64,000 nt of DNA from the NCBI GenBank assembly GCA_965242965.1, contig OZ251518.1, positions 4,288,001 through 4,352,000 on the forward strand, given 5' to 3'. Origin of the DNA: Candidatus Poribacteria bacterium (GTDB lineage: Bacteria; Poribacteria; WGA-4E; WGA-3G). The notes under the pieces were generated by a model that saw nothing but the letters and a program-made list of their open reading frames with translations, searched no databases and was not told the DNA's origin. Below are positions 20,201-28,769 of this stretch, piece by piece. Position 1 is the first letter of the stretch; each line of letters begins with the position of its first letter. Position numbers and translations under genes: made by a program.

Positions 20201-20393
20201 GAAAGAGCGACTCAAAGCGGATTGGCTCATTGATTGGCTGAAGGAACCGCAGACGTTCCAGCCCGGCACGGCGATGCCGCAAGCGTGGCCCCTCGTCGGG
20301 GGACAACATATACCAGTGGACGGATACGCCGATGATGACGCAGAGAAACAGATTCGGCTCGTGCGGGATTACTTGATTTCCTTGGGACGCTAG
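17274..20393 (+). CDS. Membrane-anchored octaheme cytochrome c with coiled-coil N-terminal region
   Basis: Eight CxxCH motifs: CATCH, CTPCH, CRRCH, CHGCH, CLSCH, CFGCH, CTGCH, CISCH; N-terminal TM; GTG start after a GGAGG RBS. Confidence 0.9.
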   Translation: MRNKKESPAESKSYAALFFILSGLLGLVTLWGFWSEMITRRPWKQIQQQFYQYEYDKTRAEWEQAKLALPELPPRQESDPSRMRSLKNNVVSAQVSLDEALQERKFEQSKSDAVNYKYQHSLHEAKAHGAGERDATVQKWQTKLAEMESRIEGELTEAVLVAEANFADANKALAQFYQTHGDWETALSTYLIAQKYSPADADVATGIAAVQMELDKLQAAKAQRENVARVEEKLDSLSGIKRTFLGSLLENPFHETRTITQYYLEEFDYTADRCATCHFSADRAGYDKSAQETFEVEGDGENRVTYQLKHANVKVGSESVIIDGFDAEPEEYTLASNGIITFDDVDIFGEIEIAYETGYRPVLQTHPHRDVLLAKHPVDRFGCTPCHGGQGQALTAKAAHALTHAEYWLTPVLGMDEHTGRTSEETQGYMESNCRRCHDGVMMLDYTNPHTDERQDYAPHLTKGLALFEDLGCHGCHAVEGYSALDNIDKVGPSLAKVGSKVQDTAWLESWIKKPEAYLPNTTMPNFFPADGMSQVVYLKNGGKRTGVVTKNANGIVVKTDDGSEYLYRDSDVVRIVDEVKSIAAYFAQMRDDTLDASAPAVSESQRAIAAGEETVKTVGCLSCHAVGELGSDFAPALDSVGTKVTASYLRQWIRDPRSYDADTSMPSLRLSDTELDNVVAYLMSLQKAMPHAVSDSVGEVDVAEGEALVRSYGCFGCHVIPGFENESKVGADLGEFGGKTVEEFDFGDTVDVEHSWTGWTLGKVTAPRRYQTRRIASRMPVFQIDDEDAKALAVLLKSFQSAQYPLSYIHNRTDKLNQIDAGRRLAKKYNCTGCHEIEGEGGSYVDVVIAHEGLDAINAKQFAPPTLQAEGAKVYPEWLFDFLKQPTDIRYGLKVRMPTFGLSDDEATTLVKYFSALDDEPFPYETLEVPAVTRAELRIGKQIFDALQCISCHPSQGEDIPAGSDKAGRPDLALAKERLKADWLIDWLKEPQTFQPGTAMPQAWPLVGGQHIPVDGYADDDAEKQIRLVRDYLISLGR

Positions 20394-20397
20394 TGCC

Positions 20398-20754
20398 ATG
20401 AAACACCTTGCCGTTGTTATCGTCATGATTTTCGTGTGGCTCAACGGACTCATCTGGTTGGGCAAACAAGTAGACCCGAGCGCGAGGTATCAGTCGCAGG
20501 TGGAATACAAATACGCGCGATACTGCGCGGGGTGTCACGGTAACAACGGCGAGGGCAACGGCAGAATCGGCCGGTTTAAAAGGTTGGATCCGGCCGATTT
20601 GACAGATAACACCTTGTGGCAGATGCACAGCGACGAACAATTGCTTGACAGCATCAACGCCGGCAAGAACGATATGCCAGCGTTCCACTATTACCTTAAC
20701 GATGAGGAGCAGCGGGCGATTCTCGGCTATATTAAGGAGATGTTTCGCCCGTAA
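20398..20754 (+). CDS. Monoheme cytochrome c
   Basis: CAGCH and distal MPAF; N-terminal hydrophobic helix. Confidence 0.88.
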   Translation: MKHLAVVIVMIFVWLNGLIWLGKQVDPSARYQSQVEYKYARYCAGCHGNNGEGNGRIGRFKRLDPADLTDNTLWQMHSDEQLLDSINAGKNDMPAFHYYLNDEEQRAILGYIKEMFRP

Positions 20755-20925
20755 ATCCGATTTTTCGAGAATTACCGACACTTTTTCGCGATTGTGGTGT
20801 TAAATTCTTGATTTTTCGCCGCTGTCGTGGTAAAATATGAATGCGCGGGTGGATAAATGACATCCGCTCACAATAACGCCTCGCAGAGGCACAATGACAA
20901 CACAATGACAAGAGGAGAAATTACC

Positions 20926-21678
20926 GTGAAAATCCTAATAGCACTGCTTGTCTTGGGCATGGTTGCAAGCACCGCGTTTGCTGGCAACATCACCGGCACT
21001 GTCATGTATGACGGCGATGCACCAGAGCGGCCAATGCTGACAGCCACGAAGGACCAGCACTGCATCGATGCAGTCAAAGGCACCAAATCGGAGGCACTCG
21101 TTGTCTCAAAAGGCAAGGGAATTAAGAACGTTGTGATTTACGCGCGCGTGCGCGGTGCCAAAGCAACCGTTCCAGAGAAAAATCCTGTGATGGACCAGAA
21201 GGGGTGCAGTTATTACCCGCATGTGCTCGCCGTTGTTGCCGGTTCTACCGTGGATCTGACTTCCAGCGATCCGGTTGCACACAACGTCCACTCCCACGCG
21301 AAAAAGAACAAAGCAATAAACTTTCAGATTCCGCAGCCCGGGAAAGTCATCCCGCACAAAATCGAGAAGGCGGAGCAGATCAAGTTCACGTGTGATATCC
21401 ACTCGTGGATGACAGGCTACATCGTCGCCGTTGACAGCAACTTTTTCGCCGTGACAGGCGATAAAGACGACAAGGGTAAATGGCTGAGCTCGGACGCGTA
21501 TGAGGCATCGTCCGATAAGGGCAGCTATAATATCGCCGATGTGCCGGCCGGTAAAGTCCGGGTGGTTGCTTGGCACGAAGAGCTCGGTTCCGCGAACAAG
21601 ACCGTTGAGGTGCCTGCGAGCGGCGATATTAACGTCAACTTTACGAGTGCTGATTTTAAAAAGCGCGCGAAAAAATAG
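20926..21678 (+). CDS. Secreted cupredoxin-motif / carboxypeptidase-regulatory-like domain protein
   Basis: Signal peptide, DQKGC.Y.PHV, HNVH, CDIHSWM, WHE. Confidence 0.75.
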   Translation: MKILIALLVLGMVASTAFAGNITGTVMYDGDAPERPMLTATKDQHCIDAVKGTKSEALVVSKGKGIKNVVIYARVRGAKATVPEKNPVMDQKGCSYYPHVLAVVAGSTVDLTSSDPVAHNVHSHAKKNKAINFQIPQPGKVIPHKIEKAEQIKFTCDIHSWMTGYIVAVDSNFFAVTGDKDDKGKWLSSDAYEASSDKGSYNIADVPAGKVRVVAWHEELGSANKTVEVPASGDINVNFTSADFKKRAKK

Positions 21679-21862
21679 TGTTGTCGTTTACGATACGACA
21701 ACGACATGGCACGGCGAGGGATACGTTTTCCCTCGCCCATCGCCTGTAGGCATTTTTGTCTTGTCCTAGCTTGGCGAGGGACAGGCCCTCGCCCTACGGT
21801 TATAGGGATAGGCCCTCGCCCTACGGTTATGACGAAGGTTCATTTGGTCGAAGGAGAACACG

Positions 21863-23788
21863 TTGAGACAGCATCATCAACCCTGGTTGGATATCCGCAG
21901 TGTAGTATGCCGTTTTAAAAAGCCGCTGCTCCTGCTAGTCCCGTTAATCCTGCTCATCCTGCTGCAGACGCTCGCGCCAGCCGTTGCACAGGACATGAGC
22001 GAGGCGGAATATCGTCCCTTCCCGAAAATTGGCAGTCGGAACGCCGCGTGGATTGCCGCACAACTCCACCTATTGTTCGGCTCCTTCATCCTCGGTGTCC
22101 CGATGTTCGCCGTTATCATTGAGTTCATCGGCTGGAAGACGAAAGACGCGCGCTATGACAGGATGGCGCAAGAGTTCATCAAACTCTGTATGGGCGCGTT
22201 TTCAACGACAGCACTGCTCGGCGGTGTCCTCGTTTTCATCTTGATATGGTGCTATCCAAAGGTGATGAGCAAACTCAGCGGGATATTCGGACCGACGATG
22301 ATTTTTTACGTCGTCCTATTCTTCGGTGAAACGTTTACGCTCTACCTCTACTCCTACGGATGGGACAAGATGCAGGGACGACATAAAGGCTGGCACCTGT
22401 TCCTCGGTGTCCTGTTGAACGTGTTCGGAACGGCGATTATGTTTGTTTCAAACTCGTGGCTCACCTATCAGACGAGTCCTGGCACACAATACCGCAAATT
22501 GTCTGACACGACGCGGCAATCGTGGCTGGAAAGCAAACTGGCGCAGAACCCAGGCATGACGCAAACCGAGGCGATGGAAGGGATAACGGATGCAACCGTG
22601 ATTCCGCTCCACAACGAAACAACCGGCGAGTTTCTGGCTACCGTCTGGGAAGCTGTCAATAATTTCACGTGGATGCCTGTCAACATTCACCGCCTCATCG
22701 GGAATATCGCCTTCGGCGGTTCGATTGTGGCGGCTTATGCGGCATTTCGCTTCCTCGTTGCGAAAACCAAAGAGGATAAAGCACACTACGACTGGATGGG
22801 GTATACCGGGAACTTCATCGCGCTGTGTGGACTCATCCCGCTGCCCTTCGCCGGCTACTGGCTAGGCCGCGAGATTTACATGTTCAACAACACGATGGGC
22901 ATTAACATGATGGGCAGTCTCTTCTCATGGCTGTTTATCATTCAGGCCGTGATGATCGGCGTGCTGTTCATCGGCGCGAACTATTACCTCTGGTCTGGGA
23001 TGGGCCGCATTGATGGCGCGCAGATATACGCGCGTTACCGGCCCTACATGATTGCCATCATCGTTATCTGTGTGGCTATCTGGATGACACCGCGCACGCT
23101 CTCCAAAATCTCCACTTCAAGCGAATTGAGCGCGATGGGCGGCGCGAACCACCCGCACCTCGGCCTGTTCGGTTTGATGACAGCGAAAAATACAGCGGTA
23201 AACATCATCATCCTGACGACGTTCTTGAGTTTCCTCTTTTACAGGCGTTCCGGCAAATCACCGACGGCGAGTTGGAAAAAGGTGGGCAACATCGCGATAT
23301 CCTCTATATTTTTCTTCTCGGCTGTCTCCATCATCGTTATCGGCATCGTTGGGTTTACCGTGCCGACAGACCTGCGTGTGAACGTGCTAACCCCCTATCA
23401 GGTGCTAATTGCACTCGTTGTGATGGTAGCCGTGACGATAATCGACATTTTCATGTATCGGAAGGCGACGATGTCCGGCACTATCAAATGGGGTGAAATG
23501 AGCGACCGGTCGCAGTATGTCCTCATTCTCTTGGCAATTACTTTTACGTCGCTGATGGGTTTGATGGGTTATGCGCGCTCCGGACTTCGGGAGGCGTGGC
23601 ACATTTTCGGTGTCATGCAGGATACATCGCCGGATGCCTTCACGCCGCTTCTCAGTGAGGCAGTGAACATTGTCGCTATCATCATGGTAATCTTCTTCGC
23701 GCTTGTCGGGTTCATCTTCTGGCTCGGCTTGTGGGGCGAAAAGAAGAAGCAGCAAACAGCTGCTGTGGAAGGGGAAGGAGAGCATTAA
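21863..23788 (+). CDS. Cytochrome bd-like oxidase subunit I homologue (Nitrospira-type), no CydB
   Basis: QLHLLFGSFILGVP, FFGE, SNSW...P, NIHRL, MGYARSGLR..WH; many TM helices; TTG start after AAGGAG. Confidence 0.8.
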   Translation: MRQHHQPWLDIRSVVCRFKKPLLLLVPLILLILLQTLAPAVAQDMSEAEYRPFPKIGSRNAAWIAAQLHLLFGSFILGVPMFAVIIEFIGWKTKDARYDRMAQEFIKLCMGAFSTTALLGGVLVFILIWCYPKVMSKLSGIFGPTMIFYVVLFFGETFTLYLYSYGWDKMQGRHKGWHLFLGVLLNVFGTAIMFVSNSWLTYQTSPGTQYRKLSDTTRQSWLESKLAQNPGMTQTEAMEGITDATVIPLHNETTGEFLATVWEAVNNFTWMPVNIHRLIGNIAFGGSIVAAYAAFRFLVAKTKEDKAHYDWMGYTGNFIALCGLIPLPFAGYWLGREIYMFNNTMGINMMGSLFSWLFIIQAVMIGVLFIGANYYLWSGMGRIDGAQIYARYRPYMIAIIVICVAIWMTPRTLSKISTSSELSAMGGANHPHLGLFGLMTAKNTAVNIIILTTFLSFLFYRRSGKSPTASWKKVGNIAISSIFFFSAVSIIVIGIVGFTVPTDLRVNVLTPYQVLIALVVMVAVTIIDIFMYRKATMSGTIKWGEMSDRSQYVLILLAITFTSLMGLMGYARSGLREAWHIFGVMQDTSPDAFTPLLSEAVNIVAIIMVIFFALVGFIFWLGLWGEKKKQQTAAVEGEGEH

Positions 23789-25308
23789 TGTCCAACACCG
23801 TGGTAAAAATTGCGAGTTTAGTTTTAATGGTGGTGAGTTTCATCGCCTATATCGCCGGGGCATCGGCGTTCCCGATTGCCTCAGAGAACCTGCTACCCTG
23901 GTCGGTCTGGTTCATCATCTCGGTAGTGGTGAACATCGTCGTGTGGGGTAGCATCATGAAGCTGCTGACGTTCTCACTCGCCGTGATATGGTTCTACGCG
24001 TTTGTGGCGGGGCTCGTGCCGGAATCGTCGACGGCAACAGGGCCGGTAACGGCACTTCCATGGGAGGACCCGGACGCGGTGGCTGAAATAGGCGCGGCGA
24101 TTTTTAGCGGGAAAGGACAGTGCAGCGCGTGTCACACCGTCGATCCCTCGGCTCCGAAGGGCCGATGTCCCGATCTGACGGATATCGGCATGAACGCCGC
24201 GAACCGCCAACCCGGCGTGGATGCGAAAACGTATCTGATCGAATCCTTGTATGAACCGGCAAACTATCTGGTGCCCGGCTACGGCAAGATTATGCCGGAG
24301 GTGTGGAAGGCACCGATTGCACTGTCTCAATTAGAAATTGAAGCAGTTATCGCCTATTTGCAGAGTCAAGGTGGTGAAATCGATCCGACTCCGTATGAGG
24401 AACCGATTAATAGAGCGGATGCGGGGACGGTCGCGGCCGCACTGCCGCCGCTGCTAACTGGTGACCCGGGGCTTGGCAAGAAAGTGTTTGTCTCGGCGGC
24501 GTGTATTTCGTGCCACGCAGTCACAGGCATCGAAAGTCCTGCTGCTAGCGAGGAGAATCAAGACTTTGAAGTCGTCACCGCACCGGATTTATCCGAAATT
24601 GCCGCCTTCAACGACATGCGGTATCTTGAGGAGTCTATCCTGAAACCGGGCGCGCAGATTGTGAGCGGCTACGGCGCAGTCACTGTTAAAACAGACGGCG
24701 CGACTTTGCAGGGAACGCTCGTCTCGCAGGACACGGAGCAGATTGTCGTCCGCACCAAAAAGGCCAGCGGGGAAGAGGAAGAACACACCATCCTGCTGAC
24801 TGCATTGGATGAGGAACCCATCCAAGAACTCGCGAACTTGCAAGCGAACGGCTATTTTACCTTAACGCTAACGCCTACGGACGCAGATGCACCAGTAAGC
24901 GGCGAAATTGTCGCGGAGACTGAGGATACCGTGACGCTCAAAGTAGGCGACAGCAATCAAACGAATCAAACGTTTTCTAAAACGGATGTCAAAAGCCTGA
25001 TGACAATTGTTGACTTTGATGGAAACGAGATTGTCGGTTCGTTAGTCTCCGGCTCTCTAGACGATGACGAAATCGTTTTGAACGTTGACGGTAGCGATGA
25101 GGTAATTGATACGTTTGATATTGAGGAAGCTACCTTTACGCGCGCGTTTGGCAAGAAGCTGCTCGTCACGTCGCCGATGCCTGAGAACTTCCCGCTGCTG
25201 TTATCGGTGTCAGATATGAGCAATCTGCTAGCGTTCTTAAGCACACTCACAGGCGAAACGGCAGCGGCGGCAGCAACCCCTGCGGATGCTGAAGCTGCAG
25301 GGGAATAA
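23788..25308 (+). CDS. Membrane-bound diheme cytochrome c
   Basis: CSACH...RCPDL...YLIESLYEP..Y.V.GY..MP; CISCH...APDL...ESIL.P.A.IV.GY...SPMP. Confidence 0.85.
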   Translation: MSNTVVKIASLVLMVVSFIAYIAGASAFPIASENLLPWSVWFIISVVVNIVVWGSIMKLLTFSLAVIWFYAFVAGLVPESSTATGPVTALPWEDPDAVAEIGAAIFSGKGQCSACHTVDPSAPKGRCPDLTDIGMNAANRQPGVDAKTYLIESLYEPANYLVPGYGKIMPEVWKAPIALSQLEIEAVIAYLQSQGGEIDPTPYEEPINRADAGTVAAALPPLLTGDPGLGKKVFVSAACISCHAVTGIESPAASEENQDFEVVTAPDLSEIAAFNDMRYLEESILKPGAQIVSGYGAVTVKTDGATLQGTLVSQDTEQIVVRTKKASGEEEEHTILLTALDEEPIQELANLQANGYFTLTLTPTDADAPVSGEIVAETEDTVTLKVGDSNQTNQTFSKTDVKSLMTIVDFDGNEIVGSLVSGSLDDDEIVLNVDGSDEVIDTFDIEEATFTRAFGKKLLVTSPMPENFPLLLSVSDMSNLLAFLSTLTGETAAAAATPADAEAAGE

Positions 25309-25317
25309 GGGGGTAAC

Positions 25318-26094
25318 ATGAAGAGGCTCTCACTGTTCACAAAATGTCTCATCATCTTCGTTGGCAGCTGGGTGTTCCTGCGGTTCATCATCGGTAACGT
25401 CATTTCGGTGCCGATACCGGGCAGCGTGGTTGCGATGTATATGGGACTGATTCTCATCGCCATCTTGGTGCATATCTCCGTTGAGGATTCACGGTTTCGG
25501 GAGTTCCTGCGTCCTCTTAATGAGACGCTTGCTGACGACAATAAGCGGATGCGCCGCCGGGTTATCGCCGTGTTGATACCGCTGGTTTTGCTGGCGTATA
25601 CGTACTCGATTTTCGCGCAGCGGACGAACCCGCCAGGAAATCCGCGCGACGCGCACCCATCGCCGCCGCTTGAGCTTACCTACAAAGACGAGGTGATCGG
25701 GAAGATGCAGGAGGTAGAAAATCCGTTCCGGCACTACGAGAAGGATGACCCGGGGGCGTTCAAAGCGCATGTAGAAAACGGCAGCCGAGTCTACTATCAA
25801 AACTGCTTTTACTGCCACGGCGATGATCTTGACGGACAGGGGCATTTCGCACCGCACCTGCAACCGCTACCCGCGAATTTCCAAGACCCGGGCATCATCC
25901 CGAACTTCCAAGAGTCGTTCCTCTTTTGGCGGATTAGCAAGGGCGGGCCGGGGCTGCCAGCGGCTGGAACGCCGTGGGATTCCGCAATGCCTGTTTGGGA
26001 AGACATGCTGACAAAAGACGAAATTTGGGACGTAATCCTATTTTTGTCTGATTATACCGGCTATCAGCCGCGAACGTTTGGGGAAGGACACTAA
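25318..26094 (+). CDS. Membrane-bound monoheme cytochrome c
   Basis: Three TM helices, CFYCHGD.LDG.G, PANF, FWRISKGG.GLP...PWDSAMP. Confidence 0.85.
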   Translation: MKRLSLFTKCLIIFVGSWVFLRFIIGNVISVPIPGSVVAMYMGLILIAILVHISVEDSRFREFLRPLNETLADDNKRMRRRVIAVLIPLVLLAYTYSIFAQRTNPPGNPRDAHPSPPLELTYKDEVIGKMQEVENPFRHYEKDDPGAFKAHVENGSRVYYQNCFYCHGDDLDGQGHFAPHLQPLPANFQDPGIIPNFQESFLFWRISKGGPGLPAAGTPWDSAMPVWEDMLTKDEIWDVILFLSDYTGYQPRTFGEGH

Positions 26095-26097
26095 AAG

Positions 26098-27807
26098 ATG
26101 ATACGCCGATATCAAAACACGATTTTCCTGACACTGCTGCTCGCGCTGGCATCAGTCTTTTCGGTGGCAGACGCACAGAACGCACCGGAAGCCTCTGAAG
26201 AAGGCAAACGGGTTTATGAGAAGAGCTGCGCGCACTGCCACGGCACTGAAGGACGCGGGGACGGTTCCGCCGCCGAAAATCTGCTCCCGAGACCGCGGGA
26301 TTTCACCCGCGGTCTGTATAAAATCCGCTCAACTGAAACCGGACAGCTCCCCACTGACCAGGATTTGTTTGACATTATCACGGAGGGAATGCCTGGTTCC
26401 TCAATGCCGGGATGGGAGACTGCGCTGAGTGCTAACGAACGGTGGGAGGTCACCGCCTATATCAAAACCTTTTACGAGGGGTTCAAAGAGAATACAGCAC
26501 CGCGCCAAATCGATCTTTCCAGCAAAATCGCCTACTCTGAACAGAGCGTTGAGACAGGCAAAGCACTCTATACTGAACTCGGTTGTGTTGAATGCCACGG
26601 CGATGTTGGTCGCGGCGATGGCACCTCCGCGCCAACCCTCACCGACGAATGGGGTTTCCAAACCTGGCCCGCGAATTTGGCGCAAGGTTGGACTTTCAGA
26701 GGCGGCGGCGAGACAGAGGACATCTTCAAACGGTTCATCGGCGGCATTGCCGGCTCACCGATGCCTGCCTTTGAGGGGGATAGCTTCCTGCACTTCGGGT
26801 TGACTTCGGAGGAATCCAAACGCCTTACCGAATTGGAAAACAGGGACGAAATGACAGAGGCTGAGGACGAGGAATCCGCGGCGTTCTACGAGAAAATGGA
26901 GGTCGCGATTGACATTGCACTCAGAATCACCGAAGGCGACACCTTGAACGCGGCAGACCGGCAGACCTTTGATAATGCGATGAAAGTGGTGTATGAGAAG
27001 AGTTGGCATCTGGCGAACTACGTCAAATCTCTCTCACCCGAAAAGCGTCCTGCACCGGCGATCGGCAACAACGTGCTGCGAGCGCAGTATGTCAATGGCG
27101 AATTGCCCGCGCTAGGCGATGCGGCATGGGAAACGCTGAAATCCAGTTATTTCCCGCTTGTCGGACAGGTAATTCTTGAACCAAGGCAGTTCAACCCGAC
27201 GATTGACTCGGTTAACGTCAAATCGTTCTACAACGATACCGAGGTGGTGTTCCTCTTCACGTGGGATGACAGAACGCACACCACGGCGTTAGAGGATGAA
27301 GAAACAGGCAAGGTGCTTGAGGATGCATTGACAATCCAATTTCCTGTCAAGGTGCCTCAAGGGCCGACCGCGCCGAAACCGTATTTCCTCTGGGGCGGCA
27401 GGCTGCCAGTCTATCTTTGGCACTGGAAGGCTTCTGCGCCTGAGCAGATAACGGAACTAACTGCCAAAGGCATTAATAACGCCGAAGTGCAGGCGGCGCA
27501 AAGCGACATCCAAGCACAAGGGACATACACAACCGGGCAATACAACTTGTGGGTGAAACGTGCGTTGAAAACGGACGACAAGAAAGACTTGCAGATTGAA
27601 CCGGGTGTGTTTGTGCCTATCGCCTTCTCGGCGTGGGATGGCGCGAATGGCGATGTAGAGGCAAAACGGGTCATCTCTAGCTGGTATACGTTCGTTCTAG
27701 AACCTGTCCCGTCTTCGAGACGGTTTATCTATCCACCATTGGTGGCACTTCTCTCTGTCGGCGCGCTCTTCGGTTTACGGGGGTTCGTGCGGCGGAGAAA
27801 TTCGTAA
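26098..27807 (+). CDS. Diheme cytochrome c fused to an ethylbenzene-dehydrogenase-gamma/DMSO-reductase heme b-like domain
   Basis: CAHCH..GRGDG..PRPRDFT, CVECH..GRGDG; C-terminal FTWDD, DALTIQFP, WHWK, PIAFSAWDG; C-terminal TM anchor. Confidence 0.8.
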   Translation: MIRRYQNTIFLTLLLALASVFSVADAQNAPEASEEGKRVYEKSCAHCHGTEGRGDGSAAENLLPRPRDFTRGLYKIRSTETGQLPTDQDLFDIITEGMPGSSMPGWETALSANERWEVTAYIKTFYEGFKENTAPRQIDLSSKIAYSEQSVETGKALYTELGCVECHGDVGRGDGTSAPTLTDEWGFQTWPANLAQGWTFRGGGETEDIFKRFIGGIAGSPMPAFEGDSFLHFGLTSEESKRLTELENRDEMTEAEDEESAAFYEKMEVAIDIALRITEGDTLNAADRQTFDNAMKVVYEKSWHLANYVKSLSPEKRPAPAIGNNVLRAQYVNGELPALGDAAWETLKSSYFPLVGQVILEPRQFNPTIDSVNVKSFYNDTEVVFLFTWDDRTHTTALEDEETGKVLEDALTIQFPVKVPQGPTAPKPYFLWGGRLPVYLWHWKASAPEQITELTAKGINNAEVQAAQSDIQAQGTYTTGQYNLWVKRALKTDDKKDLQIEPGVFVPIAFSAWDGANGDVEAKRVISSWYTFVLEPVPSSRRFIYPPLVALLSVGALFGLRGFVRRRNS

Positions 27808-27889
27808 ATAGCAACGGGGAAGTGTGAATTTCCCCGACTAATCCGAGGCGCGCGGTTTGAAACCGCGCCTAAAAGAGAGGATACTCAAA

Positions 27890-28678
27890 ATGAAAACCTA
27901 CATGTTGGCATGCCTCGCGCTGCTTCTAGCGTGTTGCTGCTGCATTCCTGCTAGTGCAGACCATCACGCGGCGGGTGAGATGGAGATGCTCCAGTTCCCC
28001 GAATCCTACAAAGCGATGGCGGTGAGCAACGGCGGAACGATTAGCGGCACCGTGACGTTTGACGGCGACGTGCCAGAAATGAAAGTGCTCGAAATCACCA
28101 AAGACCAGGCGGTTTGCGACTTGACTGAGAAGCATGATGAATCGCTTGTCATTGGTGAAGGCAACGCTTTAAAAAATACGATTGTCTACCTGATAGACAT
28201 TTCCCAAGGCAAAGCTGTCGATAAAAAGGCGAAACCCGCGATCGACCAGAAGGGATGTAAATTCACCCCTCACGTCCAGATTGTTCCAGTCGGCGTGCGC
28301 CTGACGATGCTGAATAGCGACAAAGTCAATCACAACGTGCATATTTTCAGCAGCGTCAACAAACCGGTGAACAAACAGCAGACGAAGAACCGGAAGAAGA
28401 TGCCGCTCGCTGGTGTCAAGAAGGCGGAAGGGCCGGTCCAGATGAAATGCGATATCCACGGTTGGATGTCTGCATGGCTCGCCTATGTGCCGCATCCCTA
28501 CTTCGCTGTGACAGATGAGATGGGCAAATTCACGCTGGAAGATGTCCCTCCCGGCACGTATCAACTTGGGTATTGGCATGAAGCGTGTGGCACGAACAGC
28601 AAAAAGCCGGCTACCGTTACGGTAGAGGCAGGCGGCACTGTCACGCAGGACTTCACGTTATCCATGAAAAAGATGTAA
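27890..28678 (+). CDS. Second cupredoxin-motif / carboxypeptidase-regulatory-like domain protein
   Basis: DQKGCKFTPHV, HNVH, CDIHGWM, HPYFAVTD..G.FTLEDVPPGTY, WHE; paralogue of 20926. Confidence 0.78.
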   Translation: MKTYMLACLALLLACCCCIPASADHHAAGEMEMLQFPESYKAMAVSNGGTISGTVTFDGDVPEMKVLEITKDQAVCDLTEKHDESLVIGEGNALKNTIVYLIDISQGKAVDKKAKPAIDQKGCKFTPHVQIVPVGVRLTMLNSDKVNHNVHIFSSVNKPVNKQQTKNRKKMPLAGVKKAEGPVQMKCDIHGWMSAWLAYVPHPYFAVTDEMGKFTLEDVPPGTYQLGYWHEACGTNSKKPATVTVEAGGTVTQDFTLSMKKM

Positions 28679-28769
28679 GTTGTCGGTAGGCGCGCGTTTT
28701 CATCTTGCACATTTCGCGCATTTGGAAACCGCGCCTACCCGGGCCGTTATGAGTCGGTGATAGCGGTAG

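Noticed and set aside
17274-20393. Octaheme protein as HAO, ONR or OTR
   Set aside because: The CxxCH motifs are spread over separate class I-like domains with PxL/MP motifs, unlike the compact HAO/ONR spacing; no CxxCK.
26098-27807. Calling nitrite oxidation (NXR) from the NxrC-candidate-like cytochrome
   Set aside because: There is no molybdopterin alpha or Fe-S beta subunit in the window; the gene alone is not diagnostic.
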